Source: Halocafeteria seosinensis (lineage: Eukaryota). Taken from it: a stretch of 37,800 bases of DNA. The translations under genes and the position numbers were made by a program. Shown piece by piece: positions 1 through 9,834 of this stretch. The DNA lies in NCBI GenBank assembly GCA_001687465.1, contig LVLI01000052.1:1-37800 (forward strand), given 5' to 3'. Numbering within the stretch: position 1 is the first letter of the stretch; every line of letters begins with the position of its first letter. Below the pieces are notes generated by a model that was given only the letters and a program-made list of their open reading frames with translations, was not told where the DNA came from and did not search any database.

Positions 1-101
1 GGGCTAATGTGGAGAGAATAGATTCGACCAGAAGCAAGCCATGTGTCTGGCAGAGTGGTTAGGATATCCGAATAGTTCAATGATGCTGACTTCAAGTGGT
101 A
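1..101 (+). pseudogene. Possible degenerate chromodomain fragment (transposon remnant)
   Basis: Across shifting frames it reads NVERI..., LAEWLGYPNS and DADFKW*, resembling the chromodomain pattern VExI...YLVKWxGY...xxW. No intact ORF. Confidence 0.3.
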
Positions 102-795
102 GGCAGGCACAATGATGCACAATGATGGGAGGCGCCTTTTCGCGAACTTATGAGCGTCCTGACTGACTGTTCATTGGAAAACGGGCAACTACCTTGAGCG
201 AACCAGCACTACCGTCTTGAGGATGAGAAGATCAACCCTCGTCGTACCCAACAAGGGTTTGAGTTCCTCCTTTCCTTGCAGACAACCGGAGCTGCAAGTG
301 TGGGGATGTCAGCACTTCCACATCCTGAACATACTAATCACCACTCCTCCACAAGCCAGTTTATTTGTCCAGACGTCCATACATCATCAAGTTCATCCAA
401 GAATGGTATAGTTCATCATTATAAAGCATTCCTTGCATCCACTTGCCCAAAGCGCACTGTTACAGCCGACTAGAGAGCTCATTAACCCTTCATCTGTCAT
501 CGCATTCCACAAGAGCTGCAGCAATGGTTTGCCGAAAGGTTGCATAAGCTGCATGCGCACTGTTCTGTGAGAGATGGGCATTCCTACGTGCTGCAAAGCT
601 CCTAAGCCTACTGCCTCCTGTCTCATGCGAGCATGGTGTGAAGCCCCTCCAGATAGAGGGCTATATCGAGAGAACCAAAAGCCGAAGGAGTCCCACAGTT
701 GATTGAATAAGTAGCTGTTTCTTTGTTATATCAGGAAAATTGAGTTGCATATTGAAATTTCCCTTACAAGTCCTGTATAAACCAATTCAGTAAAA

Positions 796-889
796 GACCC
801 CTCTGTAAATTGTAACGGAACTCTCAAAGGGACAAAAAAGGTCCCCAAATTTACACAGGGGGTTCCCAGGGACCCCCCTTTACCCCCTT
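796..889. repeat. Cluster of G/C-run inverted repeats (hairpins), possible mobile-element terminus
   Basis: TGTAAATT 804-811 pairs with AATTTACA 848-855, extended by CCCCT/AGGGG. GGGAC 829-833 pairs with GTCCC 841-845. GGGGGTTC 858-865 pairs with GGACCCCC 870-877. Confidence 0.55.
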
Positions 890-978
890 GCGTAATCAAT
901 ATGGTGCGTAAACAACAATCTTTCCGCAAAGCACCATGATGCCTAGCAAATCACTGTCAGTCGCGTGAGAGAGATTGT

Positions 979-994
979 ACACACACACACACAC
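979..994. repeat. (AC)8 microsatellite upstream of the RCC1-repeat gene
   Basis: acacacacacacacac seen directly. Confidence 0.9.
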
Positions 995-1046
995 TATTTT
1001 TAAGAGCAGAGCACTGTGCAATAGGCGTTTATAGTGACGACGAGAC

Positions 1047-2805
1047 ATGTCTTCTCAATTGCTCCATTTGTTCCCCCGTGGAGGTGGCCTCCGATGCACT
1101 TATCGGGCAGCGTCGCACTTGGTCTCGAGACAGTTTAATGTCTGCAACAAGGCGTATACAGGTAGTCCAGCTCATACAGTTCGCTCAGCCACCTTTAGCA
1201 CTTCCGATGCCAAAGGTTATAGCCCTGGGTCTGTGGTAGTATGGGGCAAAAACGACGAGGCATTCGGAAAAGTTCAGGGCAACCAGGATACTCGTGAACC
1301 CACATTGATGGACAATCTGCCCTTTACAGCGAAAAAAGTATGATGATTTCAATGGTTTCTGACGAATTCTATCTCTAAATTTCAATTTGGTTCGACATTG
1401 CAGATTTCTTGCGGAGGAACGCAGACAGCAATCTTGACGACGAAAGGGGAGGTTTACACAGTGGGGAAGTGTGTTTACTTTTCTCTCGGACATGGGGAAG
1501 GGAGTACGACCGAAACAACGCCGCGTTTGGTGGAAACGCTTCAAGGGATAAATATAATTGATATTGACGTTGGAGAGCATCACTGCGCTGCCGTGTCTGA
1601 TGAAGGGGAGGTATTCACGTGGGGCGCCGGCGGTGGTACTTTCGGGCAAGTCGGTGGCTTAGGACACGGTGATAAGACAACTCAATCAAGACCCGCTCTA
1701 GTGGAAACACTGGCTGATCAGAAAATACGGGTTACGCAGGTTTCATGTGGTTCTTCCCATACAATCGCGTTAACGGATGATGGGAGGGTCTTTACCTGGG
1801 GACTCGGCGACGCAGGCCGTCTTGGGAATGGCATTCGCTCACAGCTTGTACCTGAGCCTGTTGAACTCCTGGAAAGTGAAAGGATAATACAGGTTAGTCG
1901 AGACATTGCTCATGGTTTTCGAATGTCAGTGCACACACAAAACTGTGTCGCTGATTTATCAGGTGGCCGCAGGAAAGGAATTCAGTATGGCTGTCTCGGA
2001 AGGAGGTTCGGCATATGGTTTTGGAAAGAACGACCAAGCACAGGTATGAGTGATAATTCTCTTAACTTTCTTCATTTTAATCGCTTGACGCTTGATGGTA
2101 TACAGTTGGGGCTAGGTCCCAATATGATCATGGACTTGAATACCATGGAGCAGTATCCCGCAAAGGTTACAGATCTACGTATGTGCCAGCATTGATATGC
2201 GTGATGCCATCTGCTTTCATTTTAGTGGACGTGGTACAGAAGGGCAAGTAGCTATGATTGGCGCGGGTGCGCATCACTGCATAGCGCTTGGACGAGATGG
2301 CAAGGTATATACATGGGGAGCAAGATTGTTTATTGAGCCCACCGAGCGAGAAGAATTTAACGAACTTCCGGAGGATGATCGACCTGTTTTTGTAAGCTTC
2401 CTTGAATGAATTGCCTATTTCTGGCGGAGTTATGTTCCCGTTGTGCAGGTAGCGGCCGGAGAAGGAACGAATGCCGTAATTACCCAAAAGGGTCATGCTT
2501 ACACATGGGGAAAGAACCTCCTTAGCGGAGCACTTGGTCAACCAGGACGTACCGGGAAGAGGCAACCGGCTCCTCTTAAGACTTTGGAACACAGTAGCCT
2601 GTCGCAGTAAGTGTCCATGCAATGCACTATGTAAACTGTGGTTGCATTGAGTCAGTGTGTGCTTCCTGTGCTGCTCAGGATATCCCTTGGAAAGAAGCAC
2701 GGAGGTGCAGTCGTCGGGAATCCACCTAAAATGCCCGACGTACCTGGACGTGACGACCCGCCAGCAGAGGAGGAAGAAGGTTTTTTTGCGTCATTATTTA
2801 AATAG
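1047..2805 (+). CDS. RCC1-repeat beta-propeller protein, probably mitochondrial (RCC1L/UVR8-like); 7 exons
   Basis: Repeated RCC1 motifs (ISCGGTQTAIL..GEVYTVG, VSCGSSHTIALTDDGRVFTWG..GRLG, GAGAHHCIALGRDGKVYTWG). Inferred GT-AG introns 1338-1403, 1893-1962, 2044-2105, 2179-2239, 2392-2448 and 2607-2678 give one continuous frame ending at TAG 2803-2805. The R/S-rich, acid-free N-terminus resembles a mitochondrial presequence. Confidence 0.85.
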
Positions 2806-3199
2806 ACAGCCTCCCCAGCGAGTACCATAATTTGAGTACCCACGAACTGTGCACGTGAGGCTCACTGCCTAGGTTGTGGCCGGCGCTTGCTGACCTCCAG
2901 TGACAACTCGGTCCAATGTACGGCTCAACCGCTTCAGTAATCAGTTAACCTTTGTATGGAACCTCAAGTGTTTATTTGTGCCCAGTTCCCATGCAATTGG
3001 GGGCTACCATCGATGACAAAACACGTCAAACAAAGCTTGGGCTGTGAAGTTCACAAAGTGCAGCTTCCGTTTAGCATACAGTCCGATGCGGTCCGCCAAA
3101 TCTCATGGGATGGCTGCGCTTGTCTGTAGTCGGCATCAAGATTGTTGAGCACTTCTCCACATCGTTTGTTTGAAATCTCTTCTGATAGCAGGATTCACG

Positions 3200-4823
3200 A
3201 TGTTTCGTAATACTTACCAAAGCGGTTTCCTGAGTATTCTGTACTCGATAGGGTACGTTTAAACCTCGAAGCTGTCGCTCCCCTCTCTCGTTCCCCAGAA
3301 AACCTTTTTTGTGATTTCCTGAGGTCACGGTTTGGGCGCCAAAACGCTAGGAACTTTGGCCGTCCCTGCCTCTTGCACAAGCGTGACTGAGAGCGTGCTA
3401 TAGGGGGGAATTGCTGCGAAATGAGTGGGAAAGCTGCTGTAAGGGCGGCATGTAATTGGGGCGCTCTATCCGGCGTGTATCGACCAATGGTTGGTGAAAC
3501 AGAGTCGCTTCCAACGGACAAGGTAGTTGTGAAGCCAGAAAAGTAGCAACGGCACAACGGTCATAACGTAGCCATGGCTATGGTTGGATGGCTCTCTTCA
3601 CTTCGATGGGAGAGCAACCCGTCGTAGTCATAGGGAGGAAGACTGGGAGCGGCGAGCGAAGATGCCTTCTAGCTGAATTCAGCGCTGGAGTGTGTTGGTG
3701 TCGGGAACTGCGTTCCGGAATCCTTGGCATAGCTTGTCTACTTCGCTTTCGTAGATAGGTATCTTGTCGCATGCTTCGGTGGTTTAAAGCCTTCCCATGA
3801 CTGGCTGTGTTCATTGCTTTCTCGTACTTTGTGACTTGCAGGAGCAAGCCTTTACAAATTTGGGATAAGAAAGTGCGAAACGGACACATCAAAAGGATAA
3901 CGGACCAAGATATCCAATCGTCTGTTTTGGAAATCTGCGGAACTAATGTGTCCACAACTTATATAACTTGCCCGGCAAATCCCAAGAAAACCCTTGGGAT
4001 TAAATTATCCTACTTAGTTATGATAATCAAAAACTTGAAGAAATACTTTACTTTCGAGGTGACGGTATTGGACGACAAGAACGTGCATAGGAGATTTAGA
4101 GCATCTAATTACCAGTCAACGACCCGGGTTAAGCCTTTTATTTGCACGATGCCCATGCGCCTAGACGACGGGTGGAACCAGATTCAATTCAACCTACTAG
4201 ACTTCACTCGCCGTGCTTACGGGACAAACTATATTGAAACCCTTAGAGTACAGATTCACGCGAATTGCCGTATTCGCCGGATATACTTCGCTGACAGACT
4301 TTATTCAGAGGCAGAGCTCCCTGCTGAATTCAAGCTGTTTTTACCCGTCGGTAAATCTCAAGGAGCTGGAGGACCTCAAAGTGGAGGAGCTAAAACTCAA
4401 TCTCAACATGCAGCAATGGCTCAAAGTGCCGCTGCACAGGCACAACAACAGTCCTCCACTGGGAGCCAGCGGCAACAACAGGAACCACCCGACCAACAAC
4501 AGGATATGAACGCACGAGAAGAGGACGACGTGCAAATGCATCAGGAAGAAGAACAGGCGCCAGCGGAAGAGGAGGCTGACATGGGAGGAGAGGCCCAAGA
4601 AAGCCCGGAGGATGAAGAGGCCCGTGCTGAGGAGGCTGTTGAAGGCGGCGGGGAGGAAGAAGGTGCTCCTGAAGAAGGCGTAGATGCAGAAGGGGATGAG
4701 GGCGAAGGAGAAGGAGAAGGTGCTGAGCAGGCCCGGGAAAATGGTGAAGAAGAAGAGGGGGGTCAAGATGAAGGCGGAAACGAGGAGGAGGGAGAGAACC
4801 AAGAAGGCGAAGGACAAGAGTAA
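3200..4823 (+). CDS. CFAP20: Cilia- and flagella-associated protein 20 (BUG22/DUF667) with a Q-rich then E/G-rich C-terminal extension; exons 3200-3252 and 3842-4823, 344 aa
   Basis: Exon 1 [18 protein letters not shown] joins [21 protein letters not shown]...[35 protein letters not shown]...[30 protein letters not shown], the highly conserved CFAP20 sequence. Intron GTACGT...TTGCAG 3253-3841. Confidence 0.96.
3258..3803 (+). ncRNA. Putative large structured RNA inside the CFAP20 intron, family unknown
   Basis: Nested helices: 3258-3272/3773-3788, 3273-3282/3645-3654, 3656-3667/3757-3770, 3359-3365/3443-3449, 3456-3467/3501-3514, 3526-3531/3553-3558, 3582-3596/3610-3619, 3311-3317/3322-3328. 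Many pairs are G.U, which work only on the + strand. Confidence 0.55.
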
Positions 4824-5044
4824 AAATTCTCTCCGTATTTGGGTGTCGGCTCGCACGATACAAGACAGTGCACAATCGATACAGAATACGGCGGGTCACC
4901 ACTCTAACGCGTTTTGTCCCCAGTCAGTATTCAGATGTGCTTGTGCTCTATCCACTACTTTTTCTCGTTAATTATTTGACGTAATACACTGCCACATCGC
5001 TACCATTGTACAATACGATTGTACCACTCTTTTTGTGTTTTCAT

Positions 5045-5542
5045 TCAAGTTCTACCGGGAAATGAAAATGTTTGTATATCATCGTGCTGGGTGCTGCTAA
5101 GCCTAGTGCCGTCAGGACAAAGCTTAAATTCGCAAGAGGGAGGAGTTCGGCTGACATCAGTTCCATCAGGGCATTTTTTCACGTCTGCTGTGCACATTAC
5201 ATCATCTTCTGTACTCAATCTCGAGCGCATTCTCTGTCTTAACTGTTCCAAACGATTTCGCGCATGATCGAACTTGTCTTCCCTCAGTTGGCGCTTGTTG
5301 TCGGCTGATTTATCTTCTGGACAACGTTGAAATTCGCAGTTGTTTTCTGGATCTCTCCTCACTGCTGAGCCATCACCACATTGCCGTGCATCTTCAGTGC
5401 ACATAATATCACTTTCTCCATTCTGCACAGCATTCACACAAGTTTGAGAAAGACGTATAGGCCGGTTTTCCCCGCAATTACGTACCACTTGCAGAGCTAG
5501 AAGGCACAAAACGAGCGCATTAGTAAAAGCTAACCATTTCAT
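5045..5542 (-). CDS. Small secreted protein with two CTxDxxxCxDGxxVxRxxxxCEFxxCP repeats
   Basis: Signal peptide MKWLAFTNALVLCLLALQV. Repeats CTEDARQCGDGSAVRRDPENNCEFQRCP and CTADVKKCPDGTDVSRTPPSCEFKLCP. A probable 63-nt in-frame intron (GTACGT...GTGCAG) follows the signal peptide. Confidence 0.75.
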   Translation of the reverse strand: MKWLAFTNALVLCLLALQVVRNCGENRPIRLSQTCVNAVQNGESDIMCTEDARQCGDGSAVRRDPENNCEFQRCPEDKSADNKRQLREDKFDHARNRLEQLRQRMRSRLSTEDDVMCTADVKKCPDGTDVSRTPPSCEFKLCPDGTRLSSTQHDDIQTFSFPGRT

Positions 5543-5985
5543 TGTTGAAGTTCCGGCTCTATCACTGTTTTTATGCATTCATACGGCATTTAATTCTCCC
5601 CAGACAGCACTATCACGTCGTAAGTGACCATTTTATCATTTCGCTGTGCTCTTGGCAATGGTGGCGATATCGAGGGGAACATAATGAGTTGAAGTTGAAG
5701 TTGCGTCAAAGTAGCAACCGAAACTCGTGTTGGACAGCTGTTGTAACAGTGTTGTTGCCTAAGGTTGGTCAAAAACGGTCCATCTTCACACAGTTTCTTA
5801 GGTGGCACAATAAGTGCTCCCTTTTTTTCATGCAAAGCGTCGTTATTGGGCGTATGGGAACCCGTGGAATTCTTTGAGGTTTCCAGTCTACGACGTCTTC
5901 TACGCTTGCTTGAACCATTCCATATTAAGCGTCACTCGAGTCCAATTCAGGGTCCATCCAAAGCAAGACGGTGAACGCAGGTACC

Positions 5986-7985
<2,000 letters not shown>

Positions 7986-8287
7986 ACGCTCTTCGCTAAG
8001 GAGATGCGGTTAACTTCCTGGCCGGTGGGCTATCTGTCTGTCACATGTGTGTGCATGCAGATAAATAGAATGCCTGATGAATACCCTCCTAAACATTAGA
8101 TATACTTGAATTGTTTAATGAAGCGAGAATAAAATACACGAGAGGAAACGGAAGGACCTAGAACGTTATCAGGTATCTACACCGTAGCTGGGGGAAGTAA
8201 TCATTGAACTGCCACTGCAAGTCGGCAAAGGTCCGCATCAATCAAGTGAAACGAGAAACGAAGGGTGGTAACAACGTGAACGTGAAC

Positions 8288-9379
8288 TCAATCGTCCCTA
8301 CGAACTGGACGACAACGTTCTGGGGGTTCCAGAGCCTCCAAGGGCATGGTTGCCTGGGCTTGTTCTCTGTCTCCCAAGTTTCCCCTCTTGATCTGTCGTA
8401 GACATTTCTCGATCGACTCACTTTGTACTACGATCTGTAGGTAATCATGATAGAATGTCTTTCCATCAACTGGATACGCTCCGACTTCTTTTTTCAACCA
8501 TTAAGGGTTGTACAATTGGTATCTTATTTAAATTTCCTCAAAAATTTTCGGCGAGTACCCGAATCACTTCGTTTTCCCCAACCATAGCTGCGTATGCCAG
8601 CGGAGAACAACCTTCGTAAAACTCAAATTCGGAGTGAATTCCGTAGCCGTGTTTCTCGAACAGCTTTTGCAGCACTCTTTCCACTGTTTCTTACTCGGGG
8701 AACTGATAAACATCGCTACATGGCTGGTCTAGAATGCTATGATTTCTTCTGAATTCGGAGGGCTCCACAGTCACGGACTTCTCGTTCACTTTTAGAGATA
8801 CCGATGATTTCAGGACACGCGTGTAGCCGTTCCTCCCAGTAAGTAGAGAGTGGCTGTCTGTGAGTATGTGTAAATAGTTTGCCACTAAAATACGAGGAAT
8901 TGATCCATATATCAGTCTTCCTTACTAGAGATTGCCAATAATCTTTGTATAAGTTCCTGTGCTTTTCCAACAACTATTTCAAAATGCCTAAACTCGGACG
9001 GAAGCAAGCCATACATGTTGGCGAGAATGCATCTTAAAAATACCAATCCAAGGGAAGGCACGGATATACCACACAATACAGTGGACAAATTCAAATGTTG
9101 AATCAATTACGAACACTTTAAGAGGCATCGAGCTCTGCATGACACACAGTGAGCAAAAACATCCACTGCCTCCAGTTTCCATTCTCTTTTTGCATTCTTA
9201 AACATTGAGTCATCTCCATAACTTAGCTCCGTGTGGAATTGGGGACCGTATTGAGCATACATAGCCGTAAATTGCGCCCTACTTCGTTGCCTCAGAGTTG
9301 TGAGCGGGGGTCTGGCTGATCGGCTGTGACCAGAGCCCCATGCGGGTCCAGCAGTCCGACTGCTACTGATACTAGGCAA
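8288..9379 (-). pseudogene. Decayed gene containing an ankyrin repeat
   Basis: The minus strand reads ...DVYQFPE*ETVERVLQKLFEKHGYGIHSEFEFYEGCSPLAYAAMVGENEVIRVLAENF*GNLN, matching the ankyrin pattern GxTPLHxAAxxGxxEVVRxL. In-frame TAA at 8691-8693 and TGA at 8538-8540, plus short fragments in several frames. Boundaries are approximate. Confidence 0.55.
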
Positions 9380-9834
9380 AAAGGGCGTGGGAGAGTTGAT
9401 TAACTTAAACGTATATTATATTATGGAGGAAATAAATGACAAACGCCGTCAAACAGGACACTTTACCAGCGCTTCACCGTGAAGCCTATTTCGAGACGGA
9501 CAAGTTCTGCTGGAAGACTTGCTATGAAAAGTGGTCCCACCAGCAGCGGACGATGGCATCTTGGTACGGCAAACAAGCAGCTGTCTATAAGCATGGTTAT
9601 AGACCCTTCCAGAGCGCTACTTTGGCAAAGTGCCACAAGGTAAGCAGATTACCTCCCGACTCTGCTGCACAGACGCTGCACAGACGCAGCAATCAATTCG
9701 TTCACCCTGCGTAACATGGAACATGCTTCCAAAGCTCCTGTTTAGCGAATATTTGTCGGTTCTAGGGTGGTCGAGTTTAGTTATAGGGATAGTGAGCTTA
9801 CTTTTGATTGTCCTGACTTGGCTTCGTGGGGAGA

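Noticed and set aside
393..660. piggyBac-like transposase C-terminal remnant (FRQTIAAAL on the minus strand)
   Set aside because: Single short motif with no catalytic or Cys-rich domain visible.
3253..3841. Identification of the intron RNA as RNase P/MRP, SRP, U3, telomerase RNA, TPP riboswitch or group I/II intron
   Set aside because: No complementary CR-I/CR-V pair, SRP helix 8, U3 boxes in order, telomere template, complete TPP core (only a lone CTGAGA), R/S elements or domain V found by eye.
4341..4902. Minus-strand 170-171 aa ORFs, one very hydrophobic
   Set aside because: Antisense shadows of the GA-rich CFAP20 tail.
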